Shown here: in pieces, positions 29,821 to 41,635 of the stretch
How positions within the stretch are numbered: the first letter of the stretch is position 1
Layout of the letters: each line of letters begins with the position of its first letter
Source of the DNA: Camelus ferus
Lineage: Eukaryota
Assembly: GCF_009834535.1 (NCBI RefSeq)
Contig: NC_045710.1
Coordinates: 18,662,001-18,726,000 of the forward strand
Direction of reading: 5' to 3'
DNA: 64,000 bases
Notes under the pieces: model-generated
What the model saw: the letters and a program-made list of their open reading frames with translations, nothing else
The model's database searches: none
What the model was told of the DNA's origin: nothing
Made by a program: the position numbers and the translations under genes

Positions 29821-30443
29821 GAGCTTTTAGGAAGCTAGCCAGGATGTGGTTGCGCATAAATTGGGGCACCAATCAAACTGGGAGATGTGGGTCCTGGACT
29901 CTGTGGGGTTTGAAGAAATCCTCACAGATCCTTTAAGCATAACCCAAAGGATGGGCAGCCTTTCCCCTGGCAGGGCTGGAGGAAGGTCTTCCAGGGGGAC
30001 AGAAAGGTAAAAGTAGAAGCACTGGGTTGGAAATAGGAGGCATGGTTGGGGGATGGGGAGTAGAGCCCTGTGGCTGGAGGTCGTGTTCACTGACAGGGGG
30101 AGGAAAGTTCTTTTCAGTGATGTGCACAGGCCAGCTTCTGACACAGAGAAGGAAGCTCAGGGCCCTTCCATGGACTGTAGCCCCAGTGCTGAAGTTACAG
30201 GTCTACCCCAGGACTACGGTCAGGGTCAGGCAGGCTCCTGGAAGGGAGCTCCCTTCCCACCATCCTCCTGCCTTCTTCAGCAGGGGCCTCCTCCCAGGGC
30301 TTGGCCACTCCCAGCATCCAGCACCCCCACCCCTTGGCCGGTTGGGAGGCAGTCAGGAGGCTTTTCGTGGGGGCTGTGCCGGGTGGGCGTTTTTCCCAGA
30401 GCAAGGAGCGGAGCAGGACTGAGCTAGCGATAGCTCCCTCAGA

Positions 30444-30449
30444 TATAAA
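30444..30449 (+). promoter_or_regulatory. TCF23: TATA box of TCF23
   Basis: agaTATAAAc 112 nt upstream of the ATG, with a GC-box-like element upstream. Confidence 0.6.
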
Positions 30450-30555
30450 CGTTGCTGGCAGGATGACCAGCCTGTCCCGGCTAGTGTGAGCCCAAGGGCT
30501 CCTCAGCCACTGTGTTCCTGTCCTGGGGCTGCAGCACCACAGCGCAGGGTGTGGC

Positions 30556-33500
30556 ATGTCACAGGGGGAGGCTGGAGAGGCACTGGCCATGCCAGCAGTG
30601 GGGCCGAGCCCAGCCAGGGCCACGCCACGGTTGCTAGCAGGCACTGACAGGAAGAGGAGCCGCCTGAACAGGACAGGGCAGGACCTGTGGGAAGAGACCG
30701 GCTGGAGCCACCAAAGATGGAGCAGAGCTGCGCCTAGCCTGCGAGGGGCCAGGGCCAGGAGCCTGGCTCGTGGCCGGGTAAGGAAACACCAGACCTGAAG
30801 AGGGAGCTGGGGGAGGAAGGGGTTGGAGGGGATGCGATGTCACCTCTGATGGCCAAGCCTCACTCACTGTTACTGTCCTGCCCCAGAGAGGGGACACTGG
30901 CCGCTTCCACTCCAAGTCTCCATGCTTGGGTGGTTGGGATAAATTAGAGCTCGTCTTAACCAGAGTGTGGGTCAGAGAGCTGGCCCAACTCATTTCTCTC
31001 GAGGAAACTGAGGCCTGGAGGATGTGAGTTTCCTAAGGTTCCAGAGCAGTGGTCAGCGGCAGGGCCAGAGTGTTTTGGTGCTCTTCAGCACAGCTGCCTT
31101 CTCATCTCCAGAGCTGGCTGGGTCCAGGGTCAGACCTACAGAGCAGAGTGTAGCTACATGTGCCTTGTGTCCCCAGGGCATCCTGATAAGTAGGATTCAT
31201 ACTCAGGTGTGGATGGAACAAGGGCTAGGGGGAAACACAGTGGAAGATGAGAAAGAGAATAGGAGCCAGTTATGAGCCCAGGCAAGGCCTCCTCTCCATT
31301 TCCTCTGCTGTAAAGTGGGGCTGGCCTGAGAGCAAAGAGGGGACAAAGCTCTAAGGCTCTCGGGTCCCTGCTGTCCTGTGTGCTACTACTCTGGCAGGAC
31401 ACCTCGCCCTAGGATGCTCTTAGCATCCAGGGACAATGGAGATGCATCAGACCCACTCACCTGGTGTCCTCTGTGCAGAGCGAGGCCAGTCCTGAGAATG
31501 CTGCGCGGGAGCGGAGTCGGGTGAGGACGCTGCGCCAGGCCTTCCTGGCCCTGCAGGCCACTCTGCCTGCCGTGCCGCCTGACACCAAGCTGTCCAAGTT
31601 GGATGTGCTGGTGCTGGCCACCAGCTACATAGCCCACCTCACCCGCATGCTTGGCCATGAGATGCCTGGCCCTGCCTGGCCACCCTTCCTGCGTGGACTC
31701 CGTTACTTACACCCTCTCAAGGTAGGTCATAGGCCAAGGGCCTTGGGAAAGGGAGTTTGGGATGGGGGATGCTGGACTCAGGCCCCCTGCCCTGGGCAGA
31801 GCTGATGTTGGGGCCGAGTGCTTCCTGCTGTTTCAGAAGGAGGAGCTGAGGCTGGCTCTTGGGACTGCACTGACTCTGTGTTTCTCATGGGGTGCGATGC
31901 GGGTGGCTATTGAAAATGACTTCATGAGTATGTGGTTCCTCAAGAGGAGGGAAATTCTTAAAGGCCCCAAGGCTCTGGGGCACTTAGTGGTAGAGGAGAA
32001 AAGGTGGCAGTTTCCAGGGCTGGGGCCTGGGAAAGGAAAGGAAACACCTAGGAGATTCCTAGATTCCAGGGAGCATCACCCCATCATACAGTACCTTGGT
32101 GTCCTCCAGACTTCTGTCTCAGGAGCCCCTTCTGGAAGAACAAAAGTCTAAGGAAGCATCTCTCTGGAAGCAACCAAGCTGGGTAGGAAAGGGGTTGGGG
32201 CTGGGGGAGGGGGGGCTTCCTGCACCCACCACTTACCTGCCTGCAGCCTACCTTTCCTGAACCTCAGTTTTATTATACGTGAAAAGGAAGATAATGTGAG
32301 TTTTAACTTTGCTTCCAGTGTATGAAATGAGATCACAAAGGAAAAGTATGATTAACAATAATCATCTCAATAACAGCTAACACTACTTGGGGGCTAAAAT
32401 TATGCCAGGAGCTAGACTATGTGCTTTAGTGCATTTTTATCTTTTAATCCACATAAAGACTAAATGAGGATTACTTTACAGATAAGGAAAACAAAGTTTA
32501 GGGAGGTTAAGTGGCTGAATGCAGTTTGAATCTCAGAGTATGTGACTTCAGACCCTGGGCTCATAGCCACTAAGCAGGCCCCAGGAGGAGGTGGAGGGGG
32601 GGCAGCACTGTAAGTTGCTGATTACAGAGTGTAACTATTATAAAGGGCCATCTTTGCCTTGTGAGGACAATTTTATTTTTAAGGAGGCTACTTTTCACCA
32701 TCTCTCTCCCTTAAACATCATGGTTTTAAAATGTCTTGAAATTTTTTTTCCTTTCATACAAATACAACTAAAATGCAAGAATTTGAGACTAAAAGGGGCA
32801 ACTCTGAAATGCCAGTGGTGGCACCTGGTGCAGGGTCCTGGAGTGGCATAGTTGTTTCCTTAGCTGTAAGATGGTGGCCAAGGTAAGGCCCTTGCATGGA
32901 GTGGGTGATGGATAAAAATGTTGAAGAATGAATAAATGAGAGCCTGGCTTGATCTAGAACTCTGGCAGCTTGGTAGGGTGGGGCAGCTAACCAAGACCAG
33001 TGGCCCAGGTGGAGGGCTGTCAAGAGGAGGGTAGACCTCAGGGCAGAGTAAACCTGGAGTTTTCTGGGACTGCCCATGCTCCTGCTGGAAGGATGGACAA
33101 TCCTGGGAGGTGCCCTGCTTAGAGGGAGCAGGCAGCACTAATGTCTGGGGCCAGAGGCACTTGGGCTGGGTGCTGGGCAAGAGAAGAGGTCAGTCCTATT
33201 CAGTGTCAGGAGGAGACTCTCCCTGCCCCATCTCTGCTGCCCTCTCCACTGCCTAGCCCCTGGCTGCTGCCAGCCCTGCTGGCCACCTCCCTCCCCACCA
33301 TGGGGTGCCGTTGCTCTCCTCAGACAGCTCCTCCTGCGCCTCTCAGACAGGTTCAAGTGGTCAGGAGAATGTGTGAGACCTTGAGTGGTGGTGAGCCTGA
33401 GACCACTGTCATTGGAGCGGCCCTGGCAGGGGAGGGTCCCAGGAAGGGAGGCTAGGGAAGGAGGAGTTTTGGACGCCAAGGACTATGAGGGGCTGCCCTA

Positions 33501-33717
33501 CTGCGCATGTCTCACGTTCCCTCCCCGTGTCTTGCAGAAGTGGCCAATGCGATCTCGCCTCTATGCCGGAGGCCTGGGATGCTCTGGCCTGGACTCCACC
33601 ACAGCCGCCACCTCGGGACAAAGAGCAAAGGAGGCAGAGGCTGGGCCCCAAGTCTCTGGAGAGGCAGATGCTCTTCTTCCCACCAGGCCTGTCTCACCAG
33701 CATCTGCTGACAAGTGA
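30556..33717 (+). CDS. TCF23: Transcription factor 23 (bHLH, OUT), 214 aa, intact
   Basis: Exons 30556-30777, 31479-31721, 33538-33717 (645 nt), GT-AG, all phase 0. b[57 protein letters not shown]; HPLK|[11 protein letters not shown] junction. Confidence 0.98.
32210..32570 (-). mobile_element. Two MIR remnants in TCF23 intron 2
   Basis: ttttacagataaggaaaacaaagtttagggaggttaagtggc...gcagtttgaatctcag. Confidence 0.6.
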
Positions 33718-35056
33718 TCATCACAGTTGCCCTTTTCTCCTGGACTGTGACCCGAGCTTAGGGACCTGGATTCCTTGTCAGTTCATTTTGACTCTCACCC
33801 ATCGGATCACTCGAGCTCGGCTCCCAGGTTCCAGCACACAGGCCAGGCGAAGCGGTGGGCACTTCAGGAGGACTAAAGAGCAGATCCTCATCTTGTCCCC
33901 AGGGGGGTTATTCCCCAGTGCCTCTTCTGTGGCAATTACAAGGGAAGTGGGAGAGGAAAGGGTTTGATTGGGTTGGAAGTTGAGTCAGGGCACCATTCCT
34001 TGCTTTTCTCCCCTCAGGCTCCCACAGACCCTCTGGAGATTCCAAGAGGACAGACACTGCTGCCCAGGGACAGGGGTAGGAACTTGGGCTGGCAGCAGCT
34101 GCGGGTGCTGATGGGAAAGCCAGGGGCCAAACAAGCTCTTGGCAGCTGTGAATGTGAACAGACCTCAGTCGGGGTCACATAGGCAGAGGGGAAACTGAAG
34201 AAGGGAATATGCTTTGTTACTGCACTGCAAGATGCTTACCTGATGTCAGAGAGGCAGGGAGGAATTTAGGAATCTTGTATCTGCATTACGGTCTCTCCAG
34301 CTGTCCCCTCATCATTACATTTTCTCCCTCTCTGGACCCTGTACCCTTCCATTCTTTTGATATGAGTTATATTTACAGGTAAAGCCATCAAGCTTACATT
34401 CCTTACATTCCAGGATCCCGAGAAACTTCCACATAATCCAAGCTGCCTAGCATGACATCTTACCCCAGAGGCAGCTCTACCTTAACTGAACCAGGGAGCA
34501 CCTGAAGGCCTAGCATAGGAAGGATTATGATAGACTCAGTTATATCCTCGAAGGACCTTAGAAGGAGAACGTGTATCTTTTCCAGGGGATAATAATTACA
34601 CTCTTCACTTTGCATTATGTTAGAAACCTAACCTCCAGGACAAACAAGATAGGCCTGGGTTCACCAGGATCCTTGTATGATTTTGGCCTAAGGCCTCACT
34701 GGCTCAGGAGTTATTTCTACACTCTGTCTACAAATGAGCTGCCTGGGGCCAGCTCCTCCCTGCAGACACTGTCCTCCCAGGCTCTCCCTAAGTCCTACCA
34801 CAGGGTGCCAGAAATCTGATAGTGCTTTAATGAAATTTATCTCTGATCTTGAAGAAATAGTTTGAGGAAAAATCAGAGTCTATACATATGGAAAGTAACT
34901 TTCCAGATCAGATGTGGCTTTAGATCAGGCACCTGAAGTGCAGAAGGAGGACTCACCTTGTCACTAAACTTCAGTGCCTCAGAGTGGAAGGGCATGGGCC
35001 AGGCCAACTAGTGTCCCAGTAGGAGCAGCCCTTGGAGCCACCATTGATATTATGAG

Positions 35057-35062
35057 AATAAA
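35057..35062 (+). terminator. TCF23: Candidate TCF23 poly(A) signal AATAAA
   Basis: First plus-strand AATAAA I noticed downstream of the TCF23 stop; use not shown. Confidence 0.4.
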
Positions 35063-36587
35063 CAAGGTTCTGGGTCAACTGGGAGCGGCTGGGGGTCTGG
35101 GTTCTCCTGTGAGGAGCTGCTATTCCTCCACAGGCCTGGCCAGGGCAGCAGGGGAAAGGGGCCGAGGGGGTGACTCAGCAAGTTGGGGTGGAGGGAGAAA
35201 GGGAGACACAGAACGTCCCAGCCGCGGCTGCAGGGGATGTGGGAGAGCAGCCGGACTGTGGCTCAGAGCCATGGGGCAGAAGGCCTCAGCCAAGGCCAAA
35301 CACGTAAATCTACCAAGTTTCTGCTGAGGGGCCTGGAGAGCTTGTGCAGAGCTGCTTCTGGGCAGCTGGATGGGGCCAGTCAGGGCAGAGACCAGGTGTA
35401 GGGTGGCCATGAGCACAGTGTTCTTCACAAGACCATAAAAGTCCAGCTCAAGTGTTCTATTTTTAAAGCCAAATAACAGTATCTTCCTTGTTGAGTGTGA
35501 GCATCTTTCAAAAAGGAGCAGATGAATTTCCTCCTGGGCCGAGACCAGGGATGGAACTGGGAAGGCTGGCTTTGGGTATGCACTGGGGTCACCCCACAGC
35601 ATGGGGTTTCTCCTGATAACTCAGGAGTCTTGGGTTTGGAGCTTGCTCTACCCACCCCACTAGACGCCAGCTTCTGCCTAGTAATATCAGATCCTTTGGT
35701 GGAGGGACCACATTACCCTGGTAGAGAAGACAAGGAGGGCCAAAGAAGGAGGCAGCTGGTGGAGGGCTGGGAAGGACAAGTGCCATCATTACAAGTCTAG
35801 AGGCAGACTTAGCCTCTAGATCTTTCCAGGCAAAGCTGCTTTCCTTAGAGCTCTGGCCAGTCCCCATGGAGTCCAGAGGCCATCTCTTCTAGCCAGACAG
35901 TGCCCAGCACAGTCAGGCCAGGGAGCAAAAGGGATGCAAGGGGGCAGGCAGAGCCAAAGGAAGGACTAGGGGATGACTGGGAATAACCAGAGGAAATGTC
36001 AGGTTGGAGACTTGGATTCATAAATGAGCCAGAATCAGGAGTAACCCCCTCTTCCTCTGCAGCAGAGGAAGAAAAACATCCTCTTACTGGGAGACCCTGG
36101 GAACAGGGCTATGACACTCCAAAAGGAAACAGGAGCCCAGATGACAAAAGACATCAGGTAGCCTGGCTCAGGAGTGAGAAAGATGGCTGGTCGACTTGGG
36201 TATCTTGTACCACCCACCCCATCCCCAGGTGCCCGTGACTCAAGGCGGACTTGAGGTGAGGGTGGAGGCAGTGATGGCAAGGACAGCTCCCTGGGGGCTG
36301 GATGTGCGTGTGCTTTCTGAGGAGCAGCAGAATCACAGGGCAGAGGCTCAAATGGCCTATGGGAGAAGCAGAGCTGGCCAAGGGATGTCTAAGTATTAAG
36401 GTGGAGATTGCAGATTTCACCAAATTGGGAACCAGAGTATGAGAAATAGAAAATCTAGTCTTATCCGAGAAATTCCTTTTCTCTTCCTCTAGAAGGAGCC
36501 AGACTGGGATGAGTCAGACGGCACTGTTCTCTCCCTTTTGTGGCACAAGCCTAAACCCAGGGCCCCTGTAAGCATGATGTTCGAGAT

Positions 36588-37392
36588 CAGGGGTTGGCAA
36601 ACTATGGCCACTGGGCCAAATCCAGCCCCTGATTTTGTAAATAAGTTTTCATTGCAGAACAGTCACACCTATTTGTTTACGTACAGTCTATGGCTACTTT
36701 CCTGATACAACGGCTGGGTTAAATAGCTGCAACAGACTGTAAAGCCTAAAATAATTACTGAGTTCCTGTGAAGGAATCCTGGCCCTTTACAGAAAAAGTT
36801 TGCTGACTGATCAGAAATATGCAAAGTGTGGTCTGGGAAACTGTGCTGTAAGTGGCCAAAACTATTTTCGTAATACAAGATGCTATTTGCCTTTTTCACT
36901 CTTACTCCCTCATGAATGTAATGGAATTTTCCTTATGCCATGTGATATTGCAGCAACAGATTGAATACACAAGCAGATAGGAGAATCCAGCTGTCAGTTA
37001 CAACAGACATGAAAGATATTTGCAAAAAGGTAAAACAATGCCACTCTGCTCACTAAATATTTTCCAATATAGAAAATAATTATTTTTCATTGAAATGTTA
37101 TGTATATTCACATATAGTGGGTTAATTAATGTTATTTTTAAATGAACATTTTTAAAGTCCCTATTTAATTTCTAATATGGTAAATATTGGTAGAAATAAC
37201 CCACATAAGCAAAAGCTTTTCAGAGCTCTACTTTTCTAAGAATGTAAAGGGCCCCTGGAGGGTGGGTATAGCTCGGTGGTTAAGTGCATGCTTAGCATGT
37301 GTGAGGTCCTGGGTTTAATCCCCCTGTACCTCCATTAAAAAAAAAAAAGAATGTAAAGGTGTCCTGAGACCAAAAATGTTTAGAATCTCTGC
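36588..37392 (+). mobile_element. MER58-like plus Charlie-type hAT DNA transposon fragments
   Basis: caggggttggcaaactatggccactgggccaaatccagccc (MER58); gatatttgcaaaaaggtaaaacaatgccactctgctcac...gtcctgagaccaaaaatgtt (Charlie type). Confidence 0.7.
37257..37348 (+). mobile_element. Camelid vic-1-type SINE inserted in the DNA transposon
   Basis: gggtatagctcggtggttaagtgcatgcttagcatgtgtgaggtcctgggtttaatcccc + poly(A); flanking duplication AAGAATGTAAAGG on both sides. Confidence 0.85.
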
Positions 37393-37578
37393 TCTGGAAT
37401 AGATTAACAATGGTCAGTAAAGCGCTAACCCCATCCCTACACCCCTGTGTGTGACAGCTTTACCCTCTGCCTGGGGCAGACACAGTGAATCCGTCCTGGC
37501 CTTTGAGAGACAACGGGCTCGGGGTGAAAGGGGTGTGCCTGGCAGAGTGTGGACAGAGGCCCAAGTCCTGAAGCCCGA

Positions 37579-38275
37579 TCACAGTGAGGTCGCCTAGAGG
37601 ATGAAGGTGGGGCTGATGCCCTGGTGGGCTGAGCCTTCCTCAGCCACTGCCATGGCCTCCTTGTCCCTGCTGCCCCTCAGCACCCTGTTACTCATCTTCT
37701 CCGGAAACGCAGTGGTGTCCACAGACAGGTCCTGGGGAACACAGAGCAAAGGGAGCAGTGGGGTGAACATGAGGCAAAGGGGTGGTGCGGGAGTTCATGC
37801 AGGAAAGGCAACCCTGCTTTGTCCTGACAGAAAGGAGACCAGCGAGGGGCAGTGGGGAGGAAGTGAGAAGCAATCCTGCAAACCCGGAGGTGAGCACAGG
37901 GGCGGGCAGGGAGAGGAAAGGCCAGCAGCTCTGGGCCCCCCTGCTTCTTGGGGCCAAGACCCTCCTGCCCACCAAGCCCCCTGCTCCCCTGTGGGAAGGA
38001 GCCGGGGCAGCTGCTGCAGGATGGCCTAGACTCAGGCCAGTCATCAGAGAAAGGGGGGCTGGGGAGGAGACAGAAAAGGGAAGGGAGGGAACCCCCACCA
38101 AAGGCCCAGCAGGAGTCTGAGAGGGAAGGGAGGGGCCATCTGGATGACAGAGGTCCTACCTGGCTGCGGGTTTTGCAGTGCAATCGCTTCTGACAGGACA
38201 GGGGCAGGAGGGCAAGGAGTCTTGGCAACACTGGGTAAATGGTCTGAGGGTTCAGGGTCCGGCCCCGCATTCCCC
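37579..38275 (-). pseudogene. SLC5A6: Orphan copy of the last two coding exons of SLC5A6 (sodium-dependent multivitamin transporter) with a premature amber stop
   Basis: Exon 38275-38160 (ttcag|...CAG|GTAGGA) = [39 protein letters not shown]; exon from 37731 (gttccccag|) = [52 protein letters not shown] at 37596-37594, TGA at 37581-37579. Matches the recalled SMVT C-terminal tail; no convincing upstream SLC5A6 exons in the window. Confidence 0.85.
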
Positions 38276-40904
38276 CTGAAGACAAAGCACCCCTGAGGCT
38301 CCAACTGTGCAACCAGTGCCCACCTTGCAGCCATTTGGTCTCGGTGCTCCGAACCCCCACCCCCATCCACCTCCTAGATCTCAGCCAAGAAGTCTGACTG
38401 TTCCAGATGCCCAGGAGCCCAGGATTCCCTGAGCTCCAGACTCCAGACTCTAGATCCCCTGAACTCTCTCCCTCATCTCGCTGGTCCTTGTTTCTCTGGG
38501 CACCCATCCCATACCACCTCATTGGTGAACAGTTACCTGTGCCCACCCCTATCCTGCTGGGTTCCATAGTTCTCTGTGCTCTGGCCAGCATGTGGCCTCC
38601 AAAAGAACCACCACGGCTCCTGCTTTGATGATGAGAAACCCCAGGAGTGGGTATCTATCTCCCCTTTGTTGAGCCTGGGGGTTTCCTACTCCCCTACCCC
38701 TGGACTGGCTGCTGGAGACACTGGGAAAAGGAGGACAGGAACTTTCCCTCTCTGGGGGCTCTGCCTCCCCAGCCTCAGGTTGGGAGAGGAGCCCCCTGCC
38801 CCCAGCCCCATCACAGCTAGGGCCAGCTGCTGAGCAGTGACACAAAGCACAAGGGACCACCTCAACTGCCCAGGGCAGGAAGTGGCAAGAGTGCGTGTAA
38901 CCGACAGGAGGAGCTGAAAAGTCAGAGGAGCTGACCACCAGCCACTGGTGAGATCGTGGGGACAGAGCGGGAACTAAGGACCAGTTGAATTAGCTGAAAA
39001 GTTATAAAAGGGCAAAGGTGATTGAGTGTTTTTTAACCTGGAAAAAATGACAAATTGTCAAATTATGGGAATAAGAACACTCTTCCACATTCAGGATGCT
39101 GGGAGGAGGAAAACACATTGGTAAAATCAGGCTCATCTAAATAACAGCAGTTCTGTCAAGGTTTCAATGGGTCAGAACCTCTGGGCTGGGTCCAAGTCAG
39201 ATGAAAATAGATTCTGTATTACACATCCCAGAAACCACAGCCAACTATACGGTGGCCGGCAGAGCCCTGGGACAGGTACACTCTCTCTACAGAGGCACAC
39301 TTTGACTAGGGCTTGGGGAGGGAGCCAGGTGAATGTAAAACTGTCAAGATGTGATATGCTCTGAGAAGTGCAGTCGCATAAACCAGAAGTTGAAGCAAAG
39401 CTCAGCTCGAGCTGCTGACGTGTGGGCATGTGCCAAGGCTGCCGAGAAGGGCTATGCCTTATCACAAGAGGCCATTGGCCCTGACACTGGGAGGGCTGCC
39501 AGACATGGGAAGTGCTGGTCAGCAAAGCTCCTCTTCCTTCACAGGCCAGGGCTGGCTTAATGTGCCTCCAACACAGTGGTAGTATTCCACCAACTGGCCG
39601 AGGAGGTGAGGGTCCTTTTGACCAGTCTTCCCAGGTGACTATTGGCAACAACATGCTGACACCACCATTTCCCTGGACATAAGGGCAGACAAGGGAGACC
39701 GATTTTGCTTTTGGAAGGTCGTCATAAAAATATGCCTTTGACTCAGACAGTCATTATTCTTGTACATTACTAGAAAATGAACACTTGCTTGTGCCTTTGA
39801 AAGGTGGAACTCTACATGGGGGGAAAATGGTGCTACTAAAAAATTATGAAATTCTAGGCTGTGTTTTGATGACTACAGGACTTAGGGTAAACAGGTTTTC
39901 ATGGGGATCCTGTCATACATGTGCCATGGAAGCGGGGCGCTGGGGGAGAAGCCTCAATAGCCTTTTTTTGAAAGGCAGCATCTCTTTGTAGAAGAGATTT
40001 TAATATTGCAAAAAGCAGCTGCTAGAAACACTATCTGTGAAGTGATGGAGTGTTTTTAATGCCATGCTTATTTAAGACCAAGAATGGAAAGGGGCTGGTC
40101 TCCTGCATACTAAAAGAAGTGGGAGCCACCAGTACCCTCCCAGGAACAGTAAAAATCCTAAGTTGCTCCTCCAAAAGCCCTTTGAGAAGGAAAAAAGTGT
40201 TCTTTCCAGCTTAAGAAGACACAGATTGGTGGGGCTTTCTTCCCACCATCTTTACTGAAGGATTTTTTTTTTCTTTAAAGCGTTTCAAGGATGATCTCTG
40301 TACAAAGTCAGAGTTGAAATTGTCTAGAAGTCGCCCACAAAGACCTAAATTGACAAAGCATCTTTGTTGAAATTTCCCCTCTGGCTTCTTTAACAGACTC
40401 TTCAAGTAAATTTACATCCTCAGTCAGGAAGATCATCTAGTTTGAAGCAACTCCTAGGTCTTCCTAAATTGCAAAACTGTGAAAGAAGATGGCTCTGATC
40501 TTGACAGAAGGGTATCGTTTGAGGGGATCTGTTCTCCCAAAGTCATTATTTTTCTCCCAGCCTAATATGGTCCTGGATGGTCCTCTCACAACCAGGTGCA
40601 ATAATTGCTGTCCTTATGGAACTTTCATTCTGTTTGTGCCCAAGCATGCAATTTACAGGAATGTCTCCTGAGACACCCTAAACAAACAAGAAGAAACAGC
40701 AGGAAAGAGAAAACTTGGGTTTGTAAAACTTTGCTGACTGCTGAAGTAGAAATCACCTGCCCTATGGGGCTCCTGCATGACTGACATATTTTCTTAGAAA
40801 AATTATTGGACTTCCGTATCTGACAACATAGTGGACTAAATGTACAAGGAAATCTTCCTAGTATGGAACAATCAAAATGATGGATGAATTTTCTAATGTT
40901 TTAT

Positions 40905-40983
40905 TTTTCATAATTTTTTACTGAATTATAGTCAGTTTACAATGTTGTGTTAATTTCTGGGGTTTCAGCATAATGTTTCAGTT

Positions 40984-41037
<54 letters not shown>

Positions 41038-41635
41038 CTTTTCATATTATTTTTCATTATAGGTTATTACAAGACATTGAATATAGCTCCCTATGCTATT
41101 CAGTAGAACCTTGTTTATCTATTTTATATATAGGAGTTAGTATCTGCAAATCCCAAACTCTCAATTAATCCCTCCACCCTACCATACCCTGCTGGTAACT
41201 TTAAGTGTGTTTTATGTCTGTGAGTCTGTTTCTGTTTTGTAAATAAGTTCATTTGTGTCTTCTTTTTTAGATTCCACATATAAATGATATTGCATTTTTC
41301 TTTCTCTTTCTGGCTTTNNNNNNNNNNNNNNNNNNNNNNNNNNNNNNNNNNNNNNNNNNNNNNNNNNNNNNNNNNNNNNNNNNNNNNNNNNNNNNNNNNN
41401 NNNNNNNNNNNNNNNNNNNNNNNNNNNNNNNNNNNNNNNNNNNNNNNNNNNNNNNNNNNNNNNNNNNNNNNNNNNNNNNNNNNNNNNNNNNNNNNNNNNN
41501 NNNNNNNNATCTTTTCGAATTAGAGTTTCCTCCAGATATATGCCCAGGAGTGGATTACTGGATCATACGGTAAGTCTATTTTTAGTTTTTAAAGGAATCT
41601 CCATACTGTTTTCCATAATAACTGCACCATAAAAT
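40905..41635 (-). mobile_element. L1 3' end (cetartiodactyl type) with (TA)n at 40988-41035
   Basis: ttcattataggttattacaagacattgaatatagctccctatgc...tatatgcccaggagtggattactggatcatacgg. Confidence 0.85.

Larger units (their letters stand above)
36090..37578 (-). other. SLC5A6: SLC5A6-like 3' UTR interrupted by transposons
   Basis: Minus-strand segments (cttcaggacttgggcctctgtccacactctgccaggc; cagccatctttctcactcctgagccaggct...gtttccttttggag) resemble the recalled human SLC5A6 3' UTR; needs alignment. Confidence 0.55.

Noticed and set aside
31455-31461. Perfect antisense donor CAG|GTGAGT next to TCF23 exon 2
   Set aside because: On the sense strand it is CTCAC about 20 nt before the acceptor, which is better explained as the branch point.
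37652-38029. Plus-strand ORF with near-perfect Kozak (GCCACTGCCATGG) and a signal-peptide-like start [23 protein letters not shown], considered as a hidden neuropeptide precursor
   Set aside because: It is the antisense shadow of the SLC5A6-like last exon; no RFG/dibasic processing motif or recognisable mature peptide follows.
37692-38591. 299-aa minus-strand ORF in the track
   Set aside because: Only 38275-38160 is SMVT-like; the rest is intron read in frame.
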